From: a virus
Length of the DNA stretch: 64,000 nucleotides
Strand: one strand, 5' to 3'
IMG/VR virus record: IMGVR_UViG_3300021092_000008
Made by a program: the position numbers and the translations under genes. Positions 8,924 to 17,717 of the stretch are shown here, in pieces. Within the stretch, counting starts at the first letter, position 1. Each line of letters starts with the position of its first letter. The notes beneath the pieces are model-generated. The model did no database searches and was not told the origin of the DNA. It was given only the letters and a program-made list of their open reading frames with translations.

Positions 8924-9489
8924 ATCAAGAGTTAATTGATAATAATTATATTATATTACCAAATTTTTTACATGCCGATCAAACAGTTAAATTGGCAAAT
9001 GAATTTAAAAGTTTTTGCCAAGAGAAAAATCTAATAGGAGATTGGTTGGTAAAAGATTCATCTAGTTATCGTAATTATCTACCATTTCTAGAAATTTTAT
9101 TAGATAAAACCCACGAAATATCTAGTATAGTCGGAGAACCTTTGTTGCCAACGTTTTCTTACTCTAGAATATATCATAATAAAAGTAATTTACCATTACA
9201 CAGAGATCAACAAAATTGTGAAATAGCAGTTACTATTAATCTTGATTGTGATTTGCTTTGGGATATATGGATTCGTACTCCAAAACCAGATAGTAAAAGT
9301 GTATCAATTACTATGAATAAAGGTGATGCTATGTTGTATTTGGGAACAGAAGCATTACATTGGAGAGAAGAATATCAAGGAACATATTATTGTGGATTAT
9401 TTCTCTGTTATGTTAGAACTAGAGGAAATCTGTATGTGCCTATTTACGATCAAATGTACACTCATGGACCAGGAGTATTTTATACATGA
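8920..9489 (+). CDS. 2OG-Fe(II) oxygenase
   Basis: LLPTFSYSRIY...HRD...CEIAVT...GDAMLYLG...HWR (HxD...H triad). Confidence 0.8.
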   Translation: MNQELIDNNYIILPNFLHADQTVKLANEFKSFCQEKNLIGDWLVKDSSSYRNYLPFLEILLDKTHEISSIVGEPLLPTFSYSRIYHNKSNLPLHRDQQNCEIAVTINLDCDLLWDIWIRTPKPDSKSVSITMNKGDAMLYLGTEALHWREEYQGTYYCGLFLCYVRTRGNLYVPIYDQMYTHGPGVFYT

Positions 9490-9695
9490 CAACTACACAT
9501 TCATATGATAAATGGGGATATGATGATCCAACACCATATGATATATTAGTTCAAAAAATTGAAGAGCTAGATAAAAGAATTAAATATTTGGAGCAAGAAA
9601 ACATAGAAACTACTAATGTGTTGTATGAGATCATGAATAGCCTTGACAACCATCGAGAAGACCTGTACAATATGAAGACTCAATTTGGAGATTGA
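9486..9695 (+). CDS. Hypothetical coiled-coil protein
   Basis: ATGA coupling; RIKYLEQENIETTNVLYE. Confidence 0.65.
   Translation: MTTTHSYDKWGYDDPTPYDILVQKIEELDKRIKYLEQENIETTNVLYEIMNSLDNHREDLYNMKTQFGD
9643..9671 (+). promoter_or_regulatory. sigma70-type promoter TTGACA-N17-TACAAT
   Basis: Consensus spacing, 26 nt upstream of the ATG at 9698. Confidence 0.65.
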
Positions 9696-9697
9696 TC

Positions 9698-10234
9698 ATG
9701 GCGGTTAATTATCAAAAAGCATGGGATGCCATGAATGAACTTGAGATTTGTATCACTAAAGTTAATTCTGCTCGTGAAATTCTTGATGTAGCATCAGAAA
9801 CTCTTGCTACACATAAATTTGATAAAACAGAGCATTTGATTGATGCTGCTTATGAATTTCTTGGATTTTTTGTTGCTGAATTTGATTCTAAGTTCAGCAA
9901 AGCATGGCAGGCAACTGTAGTTGCTGCTCATGAAGATTACGAAGAACCTAAAACAATTAAGTATACTGATGAAGAACTTAATGCCATGTGTGATGCTGCT
10001 GAAGAAAAACACTCAGCATATTATTATGATTACACACGTAATGATCCAAACAAACCTAACCCTTTTACTGCTGATTTAACAATTGGTGGTGACGGTACAC
10101 TTGTTCTTCCTGATGAAGTAATGAGTAAATTGAATATCAATCTTGGTGATTACATTCAGTGGACACCACTGGATGATAATACAATTCGTTTAGATAAAGT
10201 TGACAACGTTTCTATTGTACAAAAAATAGAATGA
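9698..10234 (+). CDS. Helical protein with a C-terminal AbrB/MazE-like DNA-binding domain
   Basis: C-terminal TIGGDGTLVLPDEVMSKLNINLGDYIQW...IRLDK fits the AbrB swapped-hairpin pattern; GGAG SD. Confidence 0.6.
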   Translation: MAVNYQKAWDAMNELEICITKVNSAREILDVASETLATHKFDKTEHLIDAAYEFLGFFVAEFDSKFSKAWQATVVAAHEDYEEPKTIKYTDEELNAMCDAAEEKHSAYYYDYTRNDPNKPNPFTADLTIGGDGTLVLPDEVMSKLNINLGDYIQWTPLDDNTIRLDKVDNVSIVQKIE

Positions 10235-10755
10235 TTGAAAATTATGCTATCGATATGTTTACTATACCACTTTTACATTTAAAAGTAAAAAACTGGAATA
10301 GTAAAAAAATACTCTTGCTTGATATGATGAGTAATGGTATGGATTATTTCACACAAAAAGATAGCATTGATCTTCATTTAAGTAATAATAAAATTCAATC
10401 AATATTAGAAGAAGAGCTTAATTTATTTGCTGATCATTTTGGATTTACTGAATATAGAATATTAATATCTTGGTTTGCTACAGCAAAACGTGGAGATTAT
10501 CATAGCGTACATAGTCATTCAAGTATAGGTTATAGTTCTGTGTGTTATGTCGATTATGATATAAATCATCACAAACCAACAGAATTTATTGCTCCTTTCA
10601 ATAATTTTTTGACAGGTAACAATCTGTTTTACATTCCAGAAGTTGAAGAAGGATCTATTATATTTTTTCCATCATCTATTTTACATTATGCTAATCCAAA
10701 TCAATCTGAAAAAGAAAGAAGTATATTAGCTTTTAATCTTGATGTTAAAAACTAG
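10231..10755 (+). CDS. 2OG-Fe(II) oxygenase (TIGR02466-like)
   Basis: SWF...HSVHSH...YSSVCYV...EGSIIFFPSSILH...RSILAFN. Confidence 0.8.
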   Translation: MIENYAIDMFTIPLLHLKVKNWNSKKILLLDMMSNGMDYFTQKDSIDLHLSNNKIQSILEEELNLFADHFGFTEYRILISWFATAKRGDYHSVHSHSSIGYSSVCYVDYDINHHKPTEFIAPFNNFLTGNNLFYIPEVEEGSIIFFPSSILHYANPNQSEKERSILAFNLDVKN

Positions 10756-10764
10756 ACAGAATGA

Positions 10765-10771
10765 ATAAATA
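10765..10771 (+). promoter_or_regulatory. T4-type late promoter-like ATAAATA
   Basis: Intergenic, 27 nt before the ATG at 10799. Confidence 0.55.
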
Positions 10772-10798
10772 GTGACACAGGTATTGTACACATAAAAG

Positions 10799-11215
10799 AT
10801 GGCAGTCTTAACATCAACATCAGTAACTGGTGTGTCAGATTTAAATATAGCTGGTAATTTTGATGGTTATCTTAGAGATTATACTGAAAAACTAAATAAT
10901 TTGGGTAATACTAGTGCTACAACAAATATTAATCTAGCACTTGGAACATTTGTTTCAGCAACATTAGCAACAAACACCACATTTACTTTTACTTTAGGAA
11001 CTAAAACTACTACTTCTGCTACTTCTTTTACTCTTATTCTTAGAAATGATGGTACTTCTGGTAGATCAGTTACCTGGCCAGGTACTGTAAGATGGCCAGG
11101 CGGAACCGTTCCTACAAGAACAACAACAGCTAATAGAGCTGATGTTTTTACTTTTTTTACTTTTGACGGTGGTGCTATTTGGTATGGTTCTTTATCATTA
11201 ATTAATTACGCTTGA
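10799..11215 (+). CDS. Virion / tail-fibre-associated beta-rich protein (138 aa)
   Basis: Thr-rich; SFTLIL..DGT.GRSVTWP.TV.WPGG..PT.T....DVFTFFT.DGG..WYG resembles phage fibre C-terminal modules. Confidence 0.6.
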   Translation: MAVLTSTSVTGVSDLNIAGNFDGYLRDYTEKLNNLGNTSATTNINLALGTFVSATLATNTTFTFTLGTKTTTSATSFTLILRNDGTSGRSVTWPGTVRWPGGTVPTRTTTANRADVFTFFTFDGGAIWYGSLSLINYA

Positions 11216-11218
11216 TTT

Positions 11219-11806
11219 ATGTCGGAAACTTATACTGATTTTATTGGAATGTACACTGATGTGTATGAGGATGGTTATTGCTCTCATATGATCAATGAAT
11301 TTGAGAGACTACATGACTCTAGAATAGTAAGAAATAGAAGGGAATCTGAAAATGCTAAACAAATAGAAAAGAATGACTTTCATATTTCAGTTAATGTAAA
11401 AGCAACATCTTTTACTGAATTTAATGAAAGATGTGTTAATCAAATATTTGCTGAAGGATTACAATGTTGTTTCGACATGTATTGTGATCAATATGACGTT
11501 CTTAGAACCATAGATATAGTTGGTTCTGATTTTAAAATGCAAAAAACTCCACCTGGGGGTGGTTACCATGTTTGGCACGCTGAACAAGGAAACAATGATA
11601 TGGCTAGTAGAGCTTTAGTTTATATGTTATATTTGAATGATATAAAACAAGCAGGAGAGACAGAATTTTTATATCAACAATTAAGAATTCCTCCTAAAGA
11701 AAATTGTATGGTTATATGGCCAGCATCATTTACTCATACTCATAGGGGCAACACAGTACATGGTAATACGTCTAAATATGTTATAACAGGCTGGTTTAAC
11801 GTATAG
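11219..11806 (+). CDS. 2OG-Fe(II) oxygenase, prolyl 4-hydroxylase-like
   Basis: MQKT..GGGYHVWHAE...RALVYMLYLND...GETEF...IWPA.FTH.HRG....KYVITGW. Confidence 0.82.
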   Translation: MSETYTDFIGMYTDVYEDGYCSHMINEFERLHDSRIVRNRRESENAKQIEKNDFHISVNVKATSFTEFNERCVNQIFAEGLQCCFDMYCDQYDVLRTIDIVGSDFKMQKTPPGGGYHVWHAEQGNNDMASRALVYMLYLNDIKQAGETEFLYQQLRIPPKENCMVIWPASFTHTHRGNTVHGNTSKYVITGWFNV

Positions 11807-11816
11807 GTATAGAGAT

Positions 11817-12869
11817 ATGGCTGTATCAAGAGCAGTATATAGAGGAGGAATAACACCAGGGGGCAGTCAGGTATTTAATTCTCCTGGTACTTGGGTTGCT
11901 CCGCCTAAAATTGTAAATGTCTCTGCTTCTGGTAGGGGCGCAGTTGGTCAGCCTGGCGGCACAGGTAATGGTGGCAACCCTGGATTCAGAGGGCAGAGGG
12001 GCAATGGTGGTGTTGGTACAGCAGGAAATGCCAGTCATGGTGGCGGTGGCGGCGGTGGTGGAAATGCTGTGCCATTTCCTGTTAGAGCAAACCCTGGAAA
12101 CAATGGGGGCGTCAGCGGTGGTGGCGGCGGGGCTCGAGGAAATCGCCCAGGGTTCCCTGGGCAAAGGGGCGGAAGTGGAAGTGCTGGTTCTGCTGGAACT
12201 AAAGGATCAGCCCCGCCTGGAAATAACGCCATCGCGCCAGGGGGAGGTGGTGGTGGTAACACAGGAGGGCAAGGACAGACGGGAGCAGCATCAATATTTG
12301 CTGGGTTAAATTTCCCTGGTGGTCCTGGCGGTAATGGTGGAAAAGGAAATAATGGAGCAGCTGGAAATCCTGGAAATCCTGGTACTGCTGGTACTGCTGG
12401 TAATGGTAATCCTGGTGGAAACGGTGGAGGTGGTGGCACTGGTGGTAGCAACAGTGGCGGATTAAGACCTGGCGGTGGTGGCGGACAGCAAGGTGGCAAT
12501 AATGGCCAGGCTGCTGCTGGTTCTGGAGGCGGCGGTGGCGGGTCTGGTGGAACTGGCGGCGCGCCAGGTAGAAATGGTGGTAATGGAGGATCTGGTGGTA
12601 ATGCTAACCCTCCAAATCGCCCAGGTAGCCGAAGAGGTGGCGGCGGCGGTGGCGGCGGCGGGCGTGGAAATCCTGGAAACCAAGGAGCTACTGGAGGACA
12701 GGGAAATAATGGTAATCCTGGAGCTGCTGGAAATCCTGTTGCTGGTAATCCTGGAAACCCAGCAAATACAACAATATACAATTCAATAACAGTTACCCCA
12801 GGGCAATCATATCCCGTAACTGTCAATAACCCTGGCGGATCTGTAACTGTTTCTTGGAATCCACAATAA
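11817..12869 (+). CDS. Gly/Pro/Asn-rich protein (interrupted Gly-X-Y and polyGly; fibre/adhesin-like)
   Basis: Beta-type ends (VFNSPGTWVAP; ITVTPGQSYPVTV...VTVSW) flank G-X-Y runs and G5-G9 tracts; about 22 X-Pro-Gly; no Asp, Glu or Cys. Confidence 0.8.
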   Translation: MAVSRAVYRGGITPGGSQVFNSPGTWVAPPKIVNVSASGRGAVGQPGGTGNGGNPGFRGQRGNGGVGTAGNASHGGGGGGGGNAVPFPVRANPGNNGGVSGGGGGARGNRPGFPGQRGGSGSAGSAGTKGSAPPGNNAIAPGGGGGGNTGGQGQTGAASIFAGLNFPGGPGGNGGKGNNGAAGNPGNPGTAGTAGNGNPGGNGGGGGTGGSNSGGLRPGGGGGQQGGNNGQAAAGSGGGGGGSGGTGGAPGRNGGNGGSGGNANPPNRPGSRRGGGGGGGGGRGNPGNQGATGGQGNNGNPGAAGNPVAGNPGNPANTTIYNSITVTPGQSYPVTVNNPGGSVTVSWNPQ

Positions 12870-12896
12870 ATAAATTTGAAGTTATAATTTCATACA

Positions 12897-13319
12897 ATGG
12901 CTAAAAGAGAAATTTCTGAAACAAGAAAAAAAATTCGAGAAATATATGAACAAAATGAACTAGATGGTCTTGAAGCAAATAAAACTAGAGCAAGAGCTTT
13001 TAGTGTTGGTACGTGTGGTGGTGGATTAATTGAAGTTACTTTACGAGGAGATATTGGATTTTTATGGTATCAATTAGATGCCGTAGAAACTGTTGAGATT
13101 ATACAACAGTTAGCTGCTGGTTGTGGTTTAGATATAGCTTTGAGACCTAAAAATGATTTTGCTACTTGGAGATCTTGGGACGAAACATTACCAGGAGCTA
13201 TTCATTGGGTTGGTGCAGCACCATGGCAAATGTCTGATGAGCAGAGAGAAGAAATAGCTGCTTTAAGAGCAAAAAATTTAAAATTGCTAAAACAACAAGA
13301 AGAACCAGCGGGCGAATAA
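12897..13319 (+). CDS. Hypothetical protein
   Basis: 140-aa ORF preceded by ATAAATA at 12866-12872. Confidence 0.75.
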   Translation: MAKREISETRKKIREIYEQNELDGLEANKTRARAFSVGTCGGGLIEVTLRGDIGFLWYQLDAVETVEIIQQLAAGCGLDIALRPKNDFATWRSWDETLPGAIHWVGAAPWQMSDEQREEIAALRAKNLKLLKQQEEPAGE

Positions 13320-13365
13320 CCACAAATGTGGTATAATTGAGAATAAAACCTAATCATTGTTTACG

Positions 13366-14016
13366 ATGTCTTTTAAGTATTTTACAAATAAAAATTCTTT
13401 TGATTCTATAGTAGATCCTTTGGAAACAAATTGGGCTGACTATTGGTATCTTCAAACAGAAGAATATTATCATGTTGCTTGGTCTTATGATATTTTTACA
13501 GATGCTGAACTAGATGATATTGTAACCACTGGTAGAAGAATGACTAGAGAACGAGCAGAAACTGGTGATCAGGGGTCAGAATGTTTAGATATCAGACGTT
13601 CTCATATATCATGGATTAATATTAATGAACATACAAAAAAAATGTATTCTAAATTATCACAAGCAATATGTGACACAAATGAAAAATATTTTAAATATGA
13701 TTTGACAATGATGGAGAAACTACAGTTTACTGAATATTCGGCAGATGAACTTGGATGTTACCATCAGCATATAGATCCTTTGGTGTGGAATAACCCACAT
13801 AATAGAAAATTGAGTTTTGTATTACAACTGTCAGATCCAGATGATTATGAAGGTGGCGAGCTAAAATTATATACTTCAAAGGAACCACAGGTAATAACAA
13901 GACAAAAAGGATTAACAGTGTTTTTTCCTTCTTATACATTACATGAAGTTACTCCAGTTACTAAAGGAATTAGAAATACTTTAGTTGGATGGGTTCATGG
14001 TCCATCTTTTAAATGA
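13366..14016 (+). CDS. 2OG-Fe(II) oxygenase (PKHD / P4H-like)
   Basis: LQFTEY...HID...RKLSFVLQLS...YEGGEL...FPSYTLHEVTPVTKG.R..LVGW; extended -10 TGGTATAAT at 13329-13337; alternative TTG start at 13357. Confidence 0.85.
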   Translation: MSFKYFTNKNSFDSIVDPLETNWADYWYLQTEEYYHVAWSYDIFTDAELDDIVTTGRRMTRERAETGDQGSECLDIRRSHISWININEHTKKMYSKLSQAICDTNEKYFKYDLTMMEKLQFTEYSADELGCYHQHIDPLVWNNPHNRKLSFVLQLSDPDDYEGGELKLYTSKEPQVITRQKGLTVFFPSYTLHEVTPVTKGIRNTLVGWVHGPSFK

Positions 14017-14023
14017 GGTTGTT

Positions 14024-14626
14024 ATGAGTTTTAAACAAGACGGTTATTTTGTCATTAGAGAATTTTTAAATCAAGATTTTGTTGAGTTTATCCAACAATA
14101 TTTCTTTTTAAGAATACAATCTGGTGAAAAAGTTGACTATGGATCTCCTCAAGCTGCTAAGGCATTTGAAATATATAGTGATCCTTTAGTTGAAACTATT
14201 TTGAATTCTTCGTGTGATTATTTTAGTGAAGTAACTGGAATTAATTTACTACCAACATATACTTACTCCAGATTATATCAAAAAGATGATGAATTAAAAT
14301 CACATATAGATAGAGAAGCATGTGAAGTCTCAGTTACATTAGCATTAGGACTTCCCGAAGGTGAAGAAATAAACCCAATTTGTTTTAGTAAAACTAAAGA
14401 TATGAAAAATGCTATTGAGATTATGTTAAATCCTGGTGATGTCTGCATATATAAAGGATGTGATCTGTGGCATTGGAGACCACCATTTACACAAAAATGG
14501 TATTTACAAGCATTTCTACATTATGTAAATGCTAATGGTCCACATAAAAATTGTAAATATGATGAAAGAACTAATTTAAACATGGCTCCTGCACGTACAG
14601 CACGATCAGGACTGCTTTCACTTTAA
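14024..14626 (+). CDS. 2OG-Fe(II) oxygenase
   Basis: LLPTYTYSRLY...HIDREACEVSVT...GDVCIYKG...HWR...QAFLHYV; GAGGT SD. Confidence 0.82.
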   Translation: MSFKQDGYFVIREFLNQDFVEFIQQYFFLRIQSGEKVDYGSPQAAKAFEIYSDPLVETILNSSCDYFSEVTGINLLPTYTYSRLYQKDDELKSHIDREACEVSVTLALGLPEGEEINPICFSKTKDMKNAIEIMLNPGDVCIYKGCDLWHWRPPFTQKWYLQAFLHYVNANGPHKNCKYDERTNLNMAPARTARSGLLSL

Positions 14627-14643
14627 AAGTATAAAATAATTAT

Positions 14644-15051
14644 ATGGAAGAACAAATACAAGAACAAGAGCCTGAATTTAGATCTGTTGTTATCCTTGAT
14701 AAAAAGAATATGGTTGTTGGTATCATGCCATGGCCACTCGATCAGCCCAAACAACAATTACTAGATGAATACTATAGTGATCTATATTATGTTTTAGACT
14801 ATGAGAAGTTAGAAACTAAAACTGATGCTGCTCCTGGATGTTTTTGGGATGCTGAATTAAATGGTTTTGTAGAAAGAAGACCATTAAATGAACCAACATA
14901 TGTGTTTAATAAAAATACTTTACGATGGGAACCAGATCCAAATTTAGAATATGATATTGATGGGGATGGTACATTAGACAAATGGGATCCTGAGACCGCA
15001 ACATTTTATAGTGTATACACACCACCAGAACTTGACACTTCTGAAGAATAA
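14644..15051 (+). CDS. Acidic hypothetical protein, possibly a fibre assembly/accessory protein
   Basis: VVILDKKNMVV...APGCFWDAELNGFVERRP...FNKNTLRWEP resembles small proteins that follow Gly-rich phage fibre genes (from recall). Confidence 0.55.
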   Translation: MEEQIQEQEPEFRSVVILDKKNMVVGIMPWPLDQPKQQLLDEYYSDLYYVLDYEKLETKTDAAPGCFWDAELNGFVERRPLNEPTYVFNKNTLRWEPDPNLEYDIDGDGTLDKWDPETATFYSVYTPPELDTSEE

Positions 15052-15060
15052 TGTTATATT
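15032..15060 (+). promoter_or_regulatory. sigma70-type promoter TTGACA-N17-TATATT
   Basis: Consensus spacing, upstream of ORF 15088. Confidence 0.65.
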
Positions 15061-15087
15061 GTGACAGTTATTAAATAAATTGAAAAA

Positions 15088-15291
15088 ATGGCATTGTCAC
15101 AATCTGTAGATCAATCACTCGATGAAGCAGCAGCATCACTTCGTAATGCTTTAGCGTATGCTGCTCGTCAAGAACGTCCGATTGTTTGTAATAGTATTTC
15201 AGAATTGTTGTGCCGTATCGAACAGATGAAATCATTTGATGGTCTCTTGGATAAGCTAGATGAGTTCAAAATCAATTTTGGTGATAAATAG
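15088..15291 (+). CDS. Hypothetical cyanophage protein
   Basis: MALSQSV..SLDEA...LRNALAYAARQERP. Confidence 0.7.
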   Translation: MALSQSVDQSLDEAAASLRNALAYAARQERPIVCNSISELLCRIEQMKSFDGLLDKLDEFKINFGDK

Positions 15292-15364
15292 TTAAGATAT
15301 ATTACAGAAAATCACAGTTTTCAGTGAATACTGTTAGAATATCAACACAATATTGGAGCCAAGC

Positions 15365-15574
15365 ATGTCACAAACGAGATCTCAACAAACAGATCTTACC
15401 GAAGAAGAATGGAAAGAATTAGTCGCCCTTAAAAATCAAATAAATCAAAATCCAGCAGCAGTACATCCAGAAAAAATGGAGTTATTTACTGAATTGTTAG
15501 TTAGATCTTGGAATGCCAAATGTGATCCGCCTGATACTTCTACATGGAGAACTGGTCATCCGCTGGATGAATGA
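15365..15574 (+). CDS. Hypothetical cyanophage protein
   Basis: GGAG SD; EEWKELVALK..I..NPAAVHPEKMELFTELLVRS. Confidence 0.65.
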   Translation: MSQTRSQQTDLTEEEWKELVALKNQINQNPAAVHPEKMELFTELLVRSWNAKCDPPDTSTWRTGHPLDE

Positions 15575-15599
15575 AACAGTTTAACAACTGGCACACACT

Positions 15600-15620
15600 A
15601 CCGCCACATGGCGGTTTTTT
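15600..15620 (+). terminator. Intrinsic terminator
   Basis: ACCGCCA-ca-TGGCGGT followed by a T-run. Confidence 0.6.
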
Positions 15621-15652
15621 AATCTATACTAAATGAGTTCAAGAGATTTCCT

Positions 15653-15829
15653 ATGAAACTTTACCCGCTTGGTCTTGACAACCCCTATGTGATCCGTGGT
15701 ATGATTGGATCAAGTCGGTGGGGGTTGTATCGTCGAGACCCATTTGAAAAGGTAGCAGAATTTGCTACTCAGTTCCAAGCATATGATGCTCGCCGTGCTA
15801 TTCTTAAATTTGAAGGTTACTCAGCATGA
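15653..15829 (+). CDS. Small hypothetical protein (58 aa, not in track)
   Basis: MKLYPLGLDNPYVIRGMIGSSRWGLY..., directly downstream of a module promoter. Confidence 0.6.
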   Translation: MKLYPLGLDNPYVIRGMIGSSRWGLYRRDPFEKVAEFATQFQAYDARRAILKFEGYSA

Positions 15830-16110
15830 AAACTTCCACTGTTATTGAATTTGGTCCCTATTCACAATATAAACCAGTTAAACCACCAAAAACTCCACGA
15901 TACAGATATCCATATTTGGATATTAAACAAACTGGTCAAGATTATGGATTTTTTGTTGGTAGAAAGAAAAGACCTGAGATTCCAAAAACTATTAAAAATC
16001 GTGTTTGGGCAGTTCTTCCCGCCGAAAGAGAAGGACAAAAGGGGTATTACATTTATGTTAAAAATTTCACCAATGGGTTTAATCCTTTTGCAGAAAATAA
16101 TTATGACTGA
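15826..16110 (+). CDS. Hypothetical protein
   Basis: ATGA coupling. Confidence 0.6.
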   Translation: MKTSTVIEFGPYSQYKPVKPPKTPRYRYPYLDIKQTGQDYGFFVGRKKRPEIPKTIKNRVWAVLPAEREGQKGYYIYVKNFTNGFNPFAENNYD

Positions 16111-16306
16111 AGATTCTGTACGTCTAAATGTCCATGAGATTGGTATTCTTCTCTCAGCACTACAACAAGTAGATCTGAGAGAGGAAGTTCAAATTGCCAG
16201 ACAATATGGCAGTGTGGCAGCACTGTATAACAAACTATACAGTGTTTGGGAACAGATGGACACTTCCCAAACTGTCCTACAGAACGACGTAGTGCCGTCC
16301 TTCTGA
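16103..16306 (+). CDS. Hypothetical protein
   Basis: MTEDSVRLNVHEIGILLSALQ; the track start at 15845 overlaps another gene. Confidence 0.6.
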   Translation: MTEDSVRLNVHEIGILLSALQQVDLREEVQIARQYGSVAALYNKLYSVWEQMDTSQTVLQNDVVPSF

Positions 16307-16339
16307 CCCTATAATATCAAAGTATTCAACAGAACTCCA

Positions 16340-16753
16340 ATGGCAACCCGCTCCCGTATCGGTATTCAACTCGCAGACGATTCTGTGCTCTCAGTGTATT
16401 GCCACTGGGATGGTTATCCTGCCTTCAATGGTGTCAAACTTCAACAACATTTCAACACTCGTGAGAAGGTTGCTGAGTTGATTGATGGTGGTGACATCAG
16501 TGCTCTCCACACCAACGTCGGTTGGGATAATGAGACGCTACCTGAAACTGGTCCTCTCTACTATTCTTCTCGTGGTGAGGAGAATCGTGGTCCTCGTCAT
16601 GACTGGCGCATCAGTGACTATCTCACTCAAGATGCAGAAGAGTATGCCTATCTCTTTACCACCGATGGAGAGTGGTTGTGCTACGATACTTGTAAGTGGC
16701 ACGATGTAACTTATCTTGAACTTCAAGAAATTCCTCAACAGGTAGCAGCATGA
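16340..16753 (+). CDS. Conserved phage hypothetical protein
   Basis: MATRSRIG...SVYCHWDGYP...EEYAYLF, a widespread phage early-gene family pattern. Confidence 0.8.
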   Translation: MATRSRIGIQLADDSVLSVYCHWDGYPAFNGVKLQQHFNTREKVAELIDGGDISALHTNVGWDNETLPETGPLYYSSRGEENRGPRHDWRISDYLTQDAEEYAYLFTTDGEWLCYDTCKWHDVTYLELQEIPQQVAA

Positions 16754-16911
16754 AATACTATCTCTTCTTTACCATTCTCTTTGGTTTGATAATCGGGTGG
16801 CAAGCATTCCTTGTCACCAGAGATAATAAAATGTTTGAAGGTTACAAGAACCGTCAACAACAAATTTGTGAACAAGTCAAAGAATTCCACCCTGATTGCC
16901 ACATCGAATGA
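16750..16911 (+). CDS. Small membrane protein (53 aa, not in track)
   Basis: MKYYLFFTILFGLIIGWQAFLV...; ATGA coupling. Confidence 0.55.
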   Translation: MKYYLFFTILFGLIIGWQAFLVTRDNKMFEGYKNRQQQICEQVKEFHPDCHIE

Positions 16912-17054
16912 TTAACGATATCCGTATTGACAAATCATGGCGTTCTACTGATCCTGATGATCTCAACATTGATGATCTAATGCTCATGGCATTTGAAGAA
17001 AAAGCAGCAGAACTTGAAATCACTGTAGATTATTATATGGCAGAGTTTATCTGA
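16908..17054 (+). CDS. Small hypothetical protein (48 aa, not in track)
   Basis: Ends EEKAAELEITVDYYMAEFI; ATGA coupling. Confidence 0.55.
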   Translation: MINDIRIDKSWRSTDPDDLNIDDLMLMAFEEKAAELEITVDYYMAEFI

Positions 17055-17257
17055 TGAGATACAAAGATATTACAAAACTGAAGAATTGCCCAAAGTGTAA
17101 CACAAATTGGGTAGCAGGTGAAATTCCCGAAGAATATCGGGAAAATTATTCTGCTCCGTATTTTTACAGTCGTGTGATTGGTGTTGAATTTCTTGGTGAA
17201 GATCGTATCCATCATTGGATGTGCCCAGATTGTAAATACGAATTCCCACGAGGATAA
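17054..17257 (+). CDS. Zinc-ribbon protein
   Basis: CPKC ... CPDC. Confidence 0.7.
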   Translation: MRYKDITKLKNCPKCNTNWVAGEIPEEYRENYSAPYFYSRVIGVEFLGEDRIHHWMCPDCKYEFPRG

Positions 17258-17260
17258 TAA

Positions 17261-17545
17261 ATGCCTATTACAATTAGTAAAGCGGAAATTCTACGGAACT
17301 TTCCGCATACACCACCGACAGGATACTCTTATGATGTCGAAGATCACAATACTCGTACTGTTCGTATTATTATGTGGCATCATTACGTCTACGACTTCAA
17401 TCTCGGGAAACCAGTCAAAACCATCTGGGGTTTCTATAATCCGAAAAAGAAATTATATTATGCTCCGATCAACTATGATCGTGTAGGTGAACAAGTAGAT
17501 ATTAAAAATACTACTAAATATACAGCGATGCCATTGTTGGTATAA
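17261..17545 (+). CDS. Hypothetical cyanophage protein
   Basis: FPHTPPTGYSY...TIWGFY...TTKYTAMP. Confidence 0.7.
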   Translation: MPITISKAEILRNFPHTPPTGYSYDVEDHNTRTVRIIMWHHYVYDFNLGKPVKTIWGFYNPKKKLYYAPINYDRVGEQVDIKNTTKYTAMPLLV

Positions 17546-17549
17546 TTTT

Positions 17550-17717
17550 ATGACACCTGATCAATCAAATGCTCTATTGAAAGAATATGCTGACCTAATT
17601 AAAGATCTTCAAAATGAAAATGCTGATCTCTGTGATAAGGTACAGATGCTAGAGAATTATATTCAAGAGCTAGAGTTTCAATTTAACACATCACACGATA
17701 AATCTTATGACTGCTGA
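17550..17717 (+). CDS. Small coiled-coil protein (55 aa, not in track)
   Basis: MTPDQSNALLKEYADLIKDLQNENADL... Confidence 0.5.
   Translation: MTPDQSNALLKEYADLIKDLQNENADLCDKVQMLENYIQELEFQFNTSHDKSYDC

Noticed and set aside
12035-12826. 263-aa poly-Pro ORF on the minus strand
   Set aside because: It is the antisense shadow of the GGN-rich codons of the Gly-rich gene; no promoter or RBS support.
11817-12869. Canonical long triple-helical collagen
   Set aside because: G-X-Y runs are only about 7-9 triplets, broken by polyGly tracts. A polyglycine-II bundle is at least as plausible, so it is not called collagen.
15061-15082. GTGACAGTT as another copy of the palindromic box
   Set aside because: Left half-site only, and it lies downstream of a -10 rather than 30 bp upstream of one.
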